Shown here piece by piece: positions 30,835-41,096 of a DNA stretch of 64,000 nt; the stretch's first letter is position 1, and each line of letters starts with the position of its first letter. The notes beneath the pieces were generated by a model, which searched no databases, was not told the origin of the DNA, and was given only the letters and a program-made list of their open reading frames with translations. Origin of the DNA: Candidatus Poseidoniaceae archaeon (GTDB lineage Archaea > Thermoplasmatota > Poseidoniia > Poseidoniales > Poseidoniaceae); the NCBI GenBank assembly GCA_949372875.1, contig CASIAW010000007.1, forward strand, positions 24,736 through 88,735, in the 5' to 3' direction. Both the position numbers and the translations under genes were made by a program.

Positions 30835-32568
30835 TCAACTTCGTGAAGCAAGAATCAGTTCTTCAAGTGAAAAAGCAGGCATCATCATTGAAGCGTTGCT
30901 GGACTGAGTAACCACGCTATGGGTTAACGCCACATCGCCTCGGATGAATTTGATGTATCGCTGCTCTTCATTTTCTTCAAAAGGATGCAGACCAACGTTC
31001 TCTTGGTAAGCAATACCCACCCACGAACCATCTGGAGACATGACTGTTTCAAAGAAGTCGTGCAGTGCGTGTGTATCACCACTGCTTTCTTCGTATGCAG
31101 TGACGGTATGAAGGGGTGTTGGATCAGCGATTCTAAAGTCCCATTCATCACCCTCCATCGGATGGTGAAGAGCACCAGCATAGAGGTACCAATCCTTTCC
31201 AGCTACGTAACCGTCTTCGCTATTTTTCTGATCGAAATCAAGACCGTAAAAAGCCAAACTCACGACTTGATCTTCAGTAATTGATACGAATGGATACATG
31301 TTGATGCCGCGGTCAAATGCAGTAGCGTTCCAAGATTGCCAACTGCTACCGTTATCGTAAGACACGGCAATTCGCATAGCCCAAGCACCGGTGTTTCCAT
31401 TCGGACAATCTGCCCAAACAACGACCACCATACCGCCTTCGTTGTTGTTGACAACTGGATAACCTTCGGGACAGTTCCCCTCACGAGGACCCACTTCAAC
31501 AGGTGATTGCCATGTCCCGTCGCTCGGACTCGGGCCCGTTCCTCGGCCGTAGTCATCACTGATTCGAACTTGAACAACACCGGTTGAAGTATCTGCATCT
31601 TCTTGTGCTACAAAGACATAGGGGCCGTTGTTTTGACTGGAAATAGTTGACCAGCCCCCCGGCATGGCATAGCATTGAGAAAAGGGAGCACGACCGGTTT
31701 CGGAGTGATAATACCAGTATCGGCCACTGTCACCAGAGCATTCTGGAGGAGACGCACCTGAATTGCCAAGATAGTGGATGATTCCATCGCCTTGGGCAGC
31801 AACCCAAGGTCGGTCATCCGCAGCCATTGTTTGCATTCGCTCACAAACTGATGGTGAAATGTAGGTATTGCCTCCATCTTCAAACATATGCCACCAATTG
31901 TCCTCAAGAGTCGTATCCAGATAATAGACAACATCGTTTGCATCGACTGCAATATCGCCTTCATCGCCTAAACATTCTGATCCCGCACCAGCAGCTGAGC
32001 CGACAACGGAATTTCCTAAATTACCAGGAGTCGGGTTGAAGTTTTCACCATGACCCCACGTCTCACCGTTATCGTTTGAGACCCAAAACCATGAAGCCCA
32101 GTAATCCCAACTTGTCATTTCGCCATCTTGGCAAGCATACCACGTGTCAAGGTTTCCTCCGATAATTGGTGCGAATGGATTACCTTCTCCACCCCAACGC
32201 AAATCTTTGTGTGCAGTGACGAATAAATTGCCCTGACTGTCGATGGAAAGGCTCGGCTCATATCCAATGCCATAGCCTTCATACCCCGGGTCTTGACCGT
32301 TATCGGGGTCGATACATTCCTCGTGACGAGGCATGTATTCAGGTTCGTTCCAAGTGAAGTAGACTTGATCGCCTTTGAAGGATTCTTGTGATTCTGATTG
32401 ATTGAGCCCGTTTGACATTGAAGGGCCCCAAATAGCTGCGAGAAGTAGTGCGATAATGGCAACTGCGATTGTTGCTCCTATCGCCATATTGAGCTCTAGT
32501 TTGCCAGACACATCAGAGTCTGCAGATGTTTCAGCGAGTAAGATTCCCTCTGGGTCTTTGTTCGCCAT
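30835..32568 (-). CDS. Membrane-anchored BNR/Asp-box (sialidase-like beta-propeller) protein
   Basis: Asp-boxes SNDNGETW, SDDYG, SYDNGSSW; DRPW; N-terminal TM. Confidence 0.75.
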   Translation of the reverse strand: MANKDPEGILLAETSADSDVSGKLELNMAIGATIAVAIIALLLAAIWGPSMSNGLNQSESQESFKGDQVYFTWNEPEYMPRHEECIDPDNGQDPGYEGYGIGYEPSLSIDSQGNLFVTAHKDLRWGGEGNPFAPIIGGNLDTWYACQDGEMTSWDYWASWFWVSNDNGETWGHGENFNPTPGNLGNSVVGSAAGAGSECLGDEGDIAVDANDVVYYLDTTLEDNWWHMFEDGGNTYISPSVCERMQTMAADDRPWVAAQGDGIIHYLGNSGASPPECSGDSGRYWYYHSETGRAPFSQCYAMPGGWSTISSQNNGPYVFVAQEDADTSTGVVQVRISDDYGRGTGPSPSDGTWQSPVEVGPREGNCPEGYPVVNNNEGGMVVVVWADCPNGNTGAWAMRIAVSYDNGSSWQSWNATAFDRGINMYPFVSITEDQVVSLAFYGLDFDQKNSEDGYVAGKDWYLYAGALHHPMEGDEWDFRIADPTPLHTVTAYEESSGDTHALHDFFETVMSPDGSWVGIAYQENVGLHPFEENEEQRYIKFIRGDVALTHSVVTQSSNASMMMPAFSLEELILASRS

Positions 32569-32600
32569 GATGAGTTGTAGCAGCCGGGGTGCTTTGGAGG

Positions 32601-33893
32601 TTACGCAGGAGAAGGCATTCCCTTTTCTGTGGTTTGAACAACATCCAAGTAGATTTTTTCGTAATCTTCTGCATTGTGCTCATAGGTATAGGTCTCAAGG
32701 ACTCGTTCTCGACCTCTGAGTGCTTGGGCAGTTCGACCTTCTGGGTCATCGAGAGAACGGCAGACTGCATCCGCTAAATCAGCCGGATTACCCGTTTCAA
32801 ACAATTCTCCAACCGTTGAATCAATCATTTCTGTGAGCGGGGCTTGGTCAACCGTAACCACAGGAGTTCCACTTGCCAATGCCTCTAATGGAATCAAACC
32901 TTGACCTTCATAATATGAGGGGTAGACGACTAAATCCGCAGACCGGAAATGTTGTGCTAAGTCATCAAAAGACATGCTGCTTCGAATAAATAAAGCATGT
33001 TCCACCCCTAATTTGCGGGCATTTTTTAGAAGACGCTTCTTCATATGACCTCTTCCAACAACGACGAGTCGGGCGCCTGGATGGCTTTCTAGAATCTTGG
33101 GCAAGGCCCTGATTAAAGTCATGTAACCCTTTCTAGCTACTAATCTTCCAACTGCCAAAATCATTGGAGTTTTGGTTTCAGGCATGTAACTCAAAGCTAA
33201 TTCATCATCGCAATCATAATTTTTACGTAACTTCTCATGACTCAATTGTTCCTCTTCATCATCCTGATTTGGTGGCCTGAAGACCTTATGATCGCAACCC
33301 CACAAAACGACTTCACATCTGAAATCTTTCGAGGGGTCATACCATTCTTCGAACTCTGAAAGAGTGGATTTAGAATTAGCAACACACACACTTGATTCGA
33401 GTATTCCTGCTCTTTCATACTTGGAATAATACTTACCCGTCAGCCTGATAGCAAGGTCGTTTGGATTTCTCCAAGTAGCGGATTCTTTCGCCTTAGCTGC
33501 CCGAATCACACCTTGCTTCTCCCCCAACCATGAACCATGGAGAGATGAACAAACTGGAGCGATATGTTCTTCCATAAATCTGAATTCCTTCCGAGTAAAA
33601 GATGCCAAAGGAAGATGAATATGTATGGCATCAACCGGCTCTCGACTATGCAGGTGCTTGAGAGCAAGTAAGGCATGCTTCCCGTAGGAACGGGTGAACG
33701 CCATTGGAGCTTTCAGCCAAGGAACTTCAATCACCGAAACGCCTTGTTGAGGTGGAGCCCTGTCTTTGTGAGTTCGAGTGATGATGCTCACTCGGTGTCC
33801 ACGAGCAGCGAGGTGGCCTGCAAGATGGAACACAACAGAGCCAATACCACCCCATCGGGGGGGGTATTCACCGGACACCATGGCAATGTGCAT
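32601..33893 (-). CDS. Glycosyltransferase family 4
   Basis: Starts MHIAMVSGEYPP..GGIG; VGRL..RKG; EGQGLIPLEALASGTP. Confidence 0.92.
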   Translation of the reverse strand: MHIAMVSGEYPPRWGGIGSVVFHLAGHLAARGHRVSIITRTHKDRAPPQQGVSVIEVPWLKAPMAFTRSYGKHALLALKHLHSREPVDAIHIHLPLASFTRKEFRFMEEHIAPVCSSLHGSWLGEKQGVIRAAKAKESATWRNPNDLAIRLTGKYYSKYERAGILESSVCVANSKSTLSEFEEWYDPSKDFRCEVVLWGCDHKVFRPPNQDDEEEQLSHEKLRKNYDCDDELALSYMPETKTPMILAVGRLVARKGYMTLIRALPKILESHPGARLVVVGRGHMKKRLLKNARKLGVEHALFIRSSMSFDDLAQHFRSADLVVYPSYYEGQGLIPLEALASGTPVVTVDQAPLTEMIDSTVGELFETGNPADLADAVCRSLDDPEGRTAQALRGRERVLETYTYEHNAEDYEKIYLDVVQTTEKGMPSPA

Positions 33894-33998
33894 GTATGCT
33901 GCAGAGGGCCCGGTGGTTTCAATGTCACCGATAACAATCTCAAAAATATCGACTTTTGAACCCAATGCCTTCAAGGAGGTGAGTAAAGTGGGCGTAAC

Positions 33999-34775
33999 AT
34001 GGGCGATAAACTCCCTGTAACGGTCACGGTAATTCTTCCGACTCGAAATGAAGAAGAGGCGCTCGGACCTACGATAGATGCAATCCCGCGTGGATGGTGT
34101 AAAGACCTTGAAATTATGATTGTCGACGGTAATTCTACCGACCGCACTCGTGAAATTGCGCTTGAAAAGAAGATTCGAGTCCACCTTGAAAGTCGAAAAG
34201 GATACGGGCGGGCCTACAGAACAGGGTTTGATGTTGCTAAAAATGATATTATTGTCACCATGGATGCTGATTGCACTTATCCTGCAGAATTGGTTCCCAC
34301 CTTGGTAAAGCGTCTGCTTGATGATGATCTTGATTTCATCACCTGTGACCGCCTCTCACTTGCTGAAGATGGGTCGATGTCCGGAATCCACGGATTTGGG
34401 AACTGGGCGCTCTCTTTCACCGCTCGTTTGTTGTTTGGATATGGGATAAAAGATTCTCAATCAGGCATGTGGGTATTCCGAAAGTCTATTTTCAACAACG
34501 ATGCTATGCGCCCAACGAACGATGGGATGCCTCTCTCCGAAGAAATGAAAATCCTTGCTCGCCGGGTACTCGGTAAAGACAAGGCGGTCGAAATCTCAGT
34601 CCCATATCGCCCACGTGTAGGCGAAGCAGAAATCCATACTTGGGGCGACGGTTGGAAAAATTTCAAGTTCCTGTTTGCCCGTCGAATAGGCCTTCATCGA
34701 ACTGTTTCACCTTGGGGTGGTCGTGAATCAAACCCAGATTCATTGAACAAAGATTTGCCTGAGCAAAAGAAGTGA
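33999..34775 (+). CDS. Glycosyltransferase family 2 (dolichol-phosphate mannose synthase-like)
   Basis: LPTRNEE, VDGNSTD.T, GYG.A, MDAD, DSQSG. Confidence 0.92.
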   Translation: MGDKLPVTVTVILPTRNEEEALGPTIDAIPRGWCKDLEIMIVDGNSTDRTREIALEKKIRVHLESRKGYGRAYRTGFDVAKNDIIVTMDADCTYPAELVPTLVKRLLDDDLDFITCDRLSLAEDGSMSGIHGFGNWALSFTARLLFGYGIKDSQSGMWVFRKSIFNNDAMRPTNDGMPLSEEMKILARRVLGKDKAVEISVPYRPRVGEAEIHTWGDGWKNFKFLFARRIGLHRTVSPWGGRESNPDSLNKDLPEQKK

Positions 34776-35579
34776 TTACTCGACCACAATATCTTCAAGA
34801 CCTTCTGCTGGTTCTGGCCATTTCATGTTGAATTGGTCCATTGTTTCCACGATGAGAGATGAAATGAGTTCATTTCGGTATTTCTTATTGTTTGCTGGAA
34901 TGACATACCACGGGGCTGAATCTGTTGATGTGCGCTGAAGCATGGTTTCGAAAGCATCCTGGTAGTCATCCCAGTAAGCTCGTTCCTTGAGATCACTCAT
35001 CTCGAACTTCCAATTCTTTTCAGGTGTGTTCAGTCGGTCTTCTAGTCGGCGCTTTTGTTCATCTTTCGTAATGTGAAGAAAAATTTTGATAATTGTGGTA
35101 CCTTCATCAACCAACATTTGCTCAAAGTTACGAATGTGAGCATAGCGTTTCTCAATCTGTTCTTCAGAGACATACCCGTGTACTTTGACAACGAGAATAT
35201 CTTCATAGTGGCTTCGATTGAATACAGCGATTTCCCCATTTGCAGGTACGTGAGGGTGGACTCGCCACAGGTAGTCATGGGCCAGTTCAATGTTCGTAGG
35301 GCGCTTGAAAGGTTGAACATTGAAACCTTGAGGGTTTGTCCTTCCAAAGACAGCTCGTAGAGTACCGTCTTTACCACCCGTATCAATGGCTTGTAAAACC
35401 ACCAAAAGGCGTTGCTTCTGTCCAGCCCACATCAGTTCTTGTAAAGTCCGAATACGCTTCGTGAGGGCTTTCACCATCTTTTTTGAAACATCTTTATCAA
35501 AATCTTCAGGGGCATCGGTAGCAGCGTCTGCAAGAGAAAACTTGTCTCCTTGGGTTACCCGAAACGGCGAAGTGTCCAT
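34776..35579 (-). CDS. ppk2: Polyphosphate kinase 2 (class III-like)
   Basis: QAIDTGGKDG, FKRP, HDYLWR, FNRSHYED, APWYVIPA. Confidence 0.92.
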   Translation of the reverse strand: MDTSPFRVTQGDKFSLADAATDAPEDFDKDVSKKMVKALTKRIRTLQELMWAGQKQRLLVVLQAIDTGGKDGTLRAVFGRTNPQGFNVQPFKRPTNIELAHDYLWRVHPHVPANGEIAVFNRSHYEDILVVKVHGYVSEEQIEKRYAHIRNFEQMLVDEGTTIIKIFLHITKDEQKRRLEDRLNTPEKNWKFEMSDLKERAYWDDYQDAFETMLQRTSTDSAPWYVIPANNKKYRNELISSLIVETMDQFNMKWPEPAEGLEDIVVE

Positions 35580-35622
35580 AGTATCATGGCCTCTATCTTA
35601 GATTAAAGAATTTACGAGGTAC

Positions 35623-38600
35623 TCATACGTTGTCCCAGTCAAGGTCAATACCAGCCACAGGCTGAGTGTCAGCCGCTGAGTCTTCAAGAACTGGCTTTGC
35701 TGAATCAAGTATTTCTTCTTCTGCAAGAACCTCTTCTGCACCTTCAACTGCACCACCTTCAAGTTCGTCTCGCTTTTTGTCATCGTTCGAAGAAGGTTTG
35801 AAACCGCCGAATGAATCCCAAGTGTCAATCATTGCAAGTTCAGCCTTCTTTTGACGACGTAATGCAATAACGGCAATAACGACAAGAATACCGACGAAAC
35901 CTGAAGTGGCTGCAACGAACATGGCAACTCTGCTGTCGGATTCCGCCTGCTTCAACATAGAGTGTGATACTGAGAATATCGATCATCGGGTCAGCGCCTG
36001 TCCCGTCGGTTGCAATGACTTTCAAATTCGGACGACCTGCAGCATCAGGGTTCATCTCAACGCTGCCTTCCCAGTAGCCATCACCGTCTTCATCTGTGAG
36101 ATTAAACGCCCAGTTCTGAACGTTAAAAACAACCGTTGCTCGAACACTTTGAGTCGTCCCATCAGGGTCACTCATCATCACTCGAACAGAAAAAGTGTTT
36201 TTCTGTTGTGCAAGAAGTGTATCTGGCATAACGGTGAGATTGGAAAGTTTTGGAAGACTCGATTGAACTGTAATGTTGGTATGAACTTCGTCACTTGCTC
36301 CACGGCTGTCTTCGACATAGAGTGAGAGGTGATGCTGACCCGGAGGGAGTTGAATCGAATCAGTACTCATGGTTGAGACGATTTCATAGTCTCCAGTAAC
36401 CAACCACCGGCGCCATTCACGTGTTTCCATATCACCATCAGCATCGGAAGACTGCTCTTCTAAGACCACAAATTCACCAGGTGCTACCGAGAAGAGATTT
36501 GACGGTTGAAGTAAGAGTGCAACGGGGTCTGATTGTCCAATTGTAAGACTCACGAAGGAGATTTGTTCATCTCCGGTGTCATCTGTAAGAGTGATTTTGA
36601 TGGTGTGCTCTCCAGCAGGAAGAGGTGAAGAGTGAACTTGAGAGGTCGAAACATCACTCAACAATGGCTCAGTGAGCAAATCACTTCGAATGGTCATTGT
36701 AAACGAATCGCCGTCATAATCCACCGATTGGCGAGCGTCCCATTGAATCGGGTAACTGGAAGAATAGGCATCGCCGTCGGCAGGGGAATCGAGAGTTAAT
36801 TGCGGCGCCGAAGTCAGAACTTCAACGGTTCGTGAAACGTTGACTGGCTGATGTATGCCATCATCGAGACTGAGCGTTATCGTGTGCGTTCCAGCACTCA
36901 AACGCCCCTCGAAAATGAGCCAGTCTTCACCCTCTGGAGTAAGGCGTCCGTCCAAATCGCTGTTCCAAACCACAACCAAATATTCCGAGCCGCTGAAAGG
37001 TTCTGAATCAGCACAATGCCAGATTCCATCCATTGGGAAGGTAGAGCATGCAGAATCGTAATCACCCGAAGAATTAGCAGAGAACCATATCAGTTCCGAG
37101 GATACGTACGTTTGTGTGGAAAGTGGAGTTTCAATATTTGACTGTGGAAGCGAATTCTCAACGTCCACTAGCAGCGACGCAACCTTTGTGTCGTTGATAT
37201 GTTCTGGTCGGTTATCGACTACCCTCATTTCTATAGAATGAACGCCTCTGGAAAGGTGTCCAGTCCACGTTTTGCCGGCCTCGGTATTATTCCAGGAGAG
37301 TTGACCGTCAAGGCTTGACCAAAATTCAACCTCAAGAATATCCCCCTCAGGGTCGATAGTTGCCGTTCCATCGAGTGTGACTTCATCTTCACTAGCATTC
37401 CCAAGACGAGTTAATGTGAACACGGGGTCTGGAACTTCATTATACAGTTCTACTGGAATTGTGTACGTGGATGGAGGGTTAATGCCATCAGAGGCGTAAA
37501 TCACTACATCAAAAGTAGAAGGAACTGTTTCAGCCATTGAAAGGTTCATCCAAATTTCTGTGGGACAGTCGGTGATTGAACTTTCTGAGGTAACCGATTG
37601 ATACGAGCGGTCAATCCAACACGACAGCGTATCTCCTTCTGGATCAAAAGTTCCAGTGAGGTTGAAGAGAACATGTTGGGTTCGGGGAATCACAAGTTCT
37701 GACCATGGCGTCAATTCAGGAGTAACCTCGAAGACAATTGTAGGCGCTTGATTGACAAGTTCGATTGTTCGGCTTTCAGAAACACAGTGTCCGTAATCGT
37801 CACATATTTCCAAAGAGATGATATGAATTCCATCTGAGAGAGTGCAATTCCCTGCATGGTTCCCATTTACAGTGAATGGATACCCTCTCGTCACATTGTA
37901 TTGATTTTCAAACCCTTGACCTTGCCCAGTGCAAGATGCCAAAATATCGCCATCGAGGCTACTTGTCCATGCGAAAGTAAGTTCATCGTCATCGAGATCC
38001 CAAGAATCTGAGGCATTGAATTCGACAGAGCCTTGCGATGAGAACACCGAAGAATCAGAGGGAGAAGTCCACATGAGGAAAGGTGGTTGATTGTCGAGAG
38101 GGAGAACGCAATTGACAAATCGGTCTTGATCAAGCGTTACAGTCGTAGAATTGGATACACTGTCGTATCCACAGGAAACGGTCACTGTTGTGAAACTCGA
38201 AGCGCCCGTATTGGTCCATCGTTGACCTATGAAGTTTGGAAGAGAGCGATAACCGAACTCATTGCTCGAGTCTTGAACCGTGCTTTCAAATTGGGAAAAA
38301 GCGGCCTCAACATTTGCCCTTGGAACACCGTTACTGTTGTTATTTATGACCCAGACATTGATGTCATAAGCAACATCTACGGTTGCACCGGATGCGATGG
38401 TTGGATACGATTGGTTCAAATCGATGTTCACAGGTTGATGTAAATGCAAATTCGAATTCGAATCGAGTTGGAGAAGGGTTGAAGTCAGCCCAGAATCTGT
38501 AAATCCGGACCAATTCACCTGACTGTTAACAAATTGTATTGTTCCTGTACAATCCGTGGCAATTGCATTCCCATTTCCGGACAGGTCAAGGTGGTTTGAA

Positions 38601-40504
38601 ATCTGAAGACAGCCAGTACCACTGAAAGAGCTGTTACTAAGTTCTGAAGGGTAATTGTTGTTGTTTTGGCCATCCCATTCAATTCCTGAATGGTTACCAT
38701 ACATCATCAATCCATCAATTGAAGCGGCGGCTTGGTTGATGAGTAGTGCAGGTGCTCCCGCCCCACTTCCTCGCTCGGTGTGGATTTCAAGGTCTTCGAT
38801 GTGGATGACGCCTCCTTGTTGACCGAGATTTAAGCCAGAGTTGTCTGCCGCAAGCGGTGCGAAATCTTCTCCATTTTCAGCGAGATAAATATCGCTTAAC
38901 CAAAGGTCTGCTGAATCACGAATGAGAATACCAGAGCCTGCAGAGCCAGTCACCTCACAATTGGAACAACCAACATCAAGTTGAGGGTGAGTTACAGTCT
39001 TTGAGCGATCGAAAAACATCCCTGCTTTTTGGTCATCCGTATTTCCATTCAATCCGTTGTTCGTCACTGTGAGGTTTTGCAGGTCAGTATCAATATTGTC
39101 GAGGAGATGAACACCAGAATGACCGTTATTCTCCATTGTTGAATCATGAATACTCACTGAGGAATAATCCAAGTATAATCCATCTTCAGAGTTATTGTGA
39201 AGATATAATCCACTTGCTTCCCATTCCGCTTTGTATGAATGTATGCCCGGTCCGACTGAGCCCGATATTTCAAGACCGTCAAACACGGGAGCTGATGTAA
39301 AAATCCACGTAATAGCAAGACCTGCTTTATGCGGACCTTGACCTGGGTCCCCCGAATCGCGAATGGTAAGGTTACGGAACGTCGTCGATGAATCGGCATA
39401 ATACAAACGCACACCTGTCGAGGTGGAGTTTTCAATCAGCGTGTTCTCAAACCAAGCTCCGGTTGAGTTGACATCGATTGCTGCATACGCAATGTTGGCC
39501 GTCTTTGCTCCAACTCCACCAGTGCCTGTTACGGTTAAGTTTGTGAAATCAGCTGTTTCATAATTGGTATAATTGGAGTGGTTTTCTTTATCGACATAAA
39601 CGCCTCGATACATGGAATTAGAGACAGTACAATCTCTGAAGACTGCACGAGTGTATCCACTGTCATCAATATGGCGAACGACGATGCCATAGTCTGAACG
39701 GTCGACAGTCAAGTTGATCAACAACGGCTGGCTATCTTCAATCCAAACGCCTGCTGAAATCTCCCAACTCGAGCCACTGATATTACTCATTACAAGATTA
39801 CGCAGAATGCCACCGGAGCCACCCCAGATGTTGATTGCTCGAGTAAGGTGGTCAGTGAAGGTGGCACCGTCGACAATTGGAGTCGAACCAGAACCAATCG
39901 ATAAGCCCAAACCGTATCTCCAATCACCTTGGAAAGGGAGAACTCGTCCCGCTTGGTTGATGACTAAATCATATATTTGCGGTGCAGAATTGCTGAACAT
40001 GTCAATGCCAACACGGTCTGGATTGAGGATGGTTAAATTATGAATCACTGGGTTTGCACCATACATTGTAATACCGTATATTGAATCTTCAATCGACAGA
40101 TTGTTGAGGACGGAACCTCGATTGTTTGAACTGCTGTTGAATTGGATACCCTCATGGTCAGAACCCGTCAATGAACTCAACGTAACGGGACACGTAACTG
40201 TACCTTCAACTGTTAAACGCCCTTCGACATAAAGTCGAGCACCTGAGCCCATTTCGACTTGTGTACACGCTGAAATAATCAATTCATCAAAGACCGAGAC
40301 CGTATATGTGGAAGTGATTGTGACCGAACCTGTCCACGTTGTCTGAGCACGAGCACTAGTGGACTCTGGTATGAGAGAAATCTCTAATTCAGTCGAAGGC
40401 TCCTCTCCGTCATAAACTGAAGAAGATAGACTCGTGAAAGGGGCTCCGAGCATCAAAAAAAGAACAATCCAAATCCCAAAAGAAGAACGATTTTGAAGGT
40501 CCAT
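35623..40504 (-). pseudogene. Large surface protein (parallel beta-helix + PKD-like repeats + C-terminal TM) split by one frameshift near 35950; real or sequencing error
   Basis: The main ORF drifts into atypical sequence after LYVEA. The overlapping frame (35623-35958) supplies the TM anchor and acidic tail seen in neighbouring surface proteins. PKD-like motifs DPEGD.L / W.S.LDG recur. Confidence 0.7.
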
Positions 40505-40619
40505 GTCTTCCGCTGTATGAAAGAGCATTTGAAGGGTTCTATGAAATGTGAGAAACGGTATCATTGAGCCCAAGAGTTTCCTTCGATAGCAATAAGACCG
40601 GTCCGCAATTCGGCTGTTT

Positions 40620-40853
40620 ATGCCCGAAGCGTTTGTGTTGTTCAAAACCCAACCTGCTCACGAGCGAGAAGTCTACCTTTCATTGATGGAACATTCAGCC
40701 GTTGCGGAAGTTCATGCACTTTACGGTGAATTTGATTTAGTCGTTCGTTTGTCTGTGGAAAACTCCCAAAACCTCACCAAAATGTTGATGACCGATTTTC
40801 GCCAAATCCAAGGAGTTAAAGATACTCAAACACTGATTGCAGTGGAATACTGA
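40620..40853 (+). CDS. Stand-alone Lrp/AsnC ligand-binding (RAM) domain protein
   Basis: 77 aa; AFVL, LYGEFDLVV, GVKDTQTLI; no HTH. Confidence 0.88.
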   Translation: MPEAFVLFKTQPAHEREVYLSLMEHSAVAEVHALYGEFDLVVRLSVENSQNLTKMLMTDFRQIQGVKDTQTLIAVEY

Positions 40854-40862
40854 GGTGAATGA

Positions 40863-41096
40863 ATGGCTATTGGATTTGTATTGATTACGACGCAACCCGG
40901 CTCTGAAAGTTTGGTTAGACGCGCATTAGATGGAATTGAATACGTTACTGACCGTTGGATGTTATTTGGAGAATACGACCTCATTGCCCGAGTCCAAGCG
41001 GATGATGAGTTTGCACTTACGCGATGTATTGTCGAAGAGATCCGTGTGCTTGACGGCATCAGTGATACCAAAACTCTGATTGGCGCTGAACTTTAA
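40863..41096 (+). CDS. Stand-alone Lrp/AsnC ligand-binding (RAM) domain protein, paralog
   Basis: 77 aa; GFVLI, LFGEYDLIA, GISDTKTLI; GAGGTGA RBS. Confidence 0.88.
   Translation: MAIGFVLITTQPGSESLVRRALDGIEYVTDRWMLFGEYDLIARVQADDEFALTRCIVEEIRVLDGISDTKTLIGAEL

Noticed and set aside
33894-34184. Apparent overlaps of divergent genes from long 5' ORF extensions (also 25240-25425 and 40505-40645)
   Set aside because: Family motifs and signal peptides begin at downstream ATGs; the extensions are ORF-caller artefacts.
35623-35958. 111-aa ORF as an independent gene
   Set aside because: It overlaps the upstream ORF end and reads as its missing TM anchor, so it is treated as a frameshifted C-terminus.
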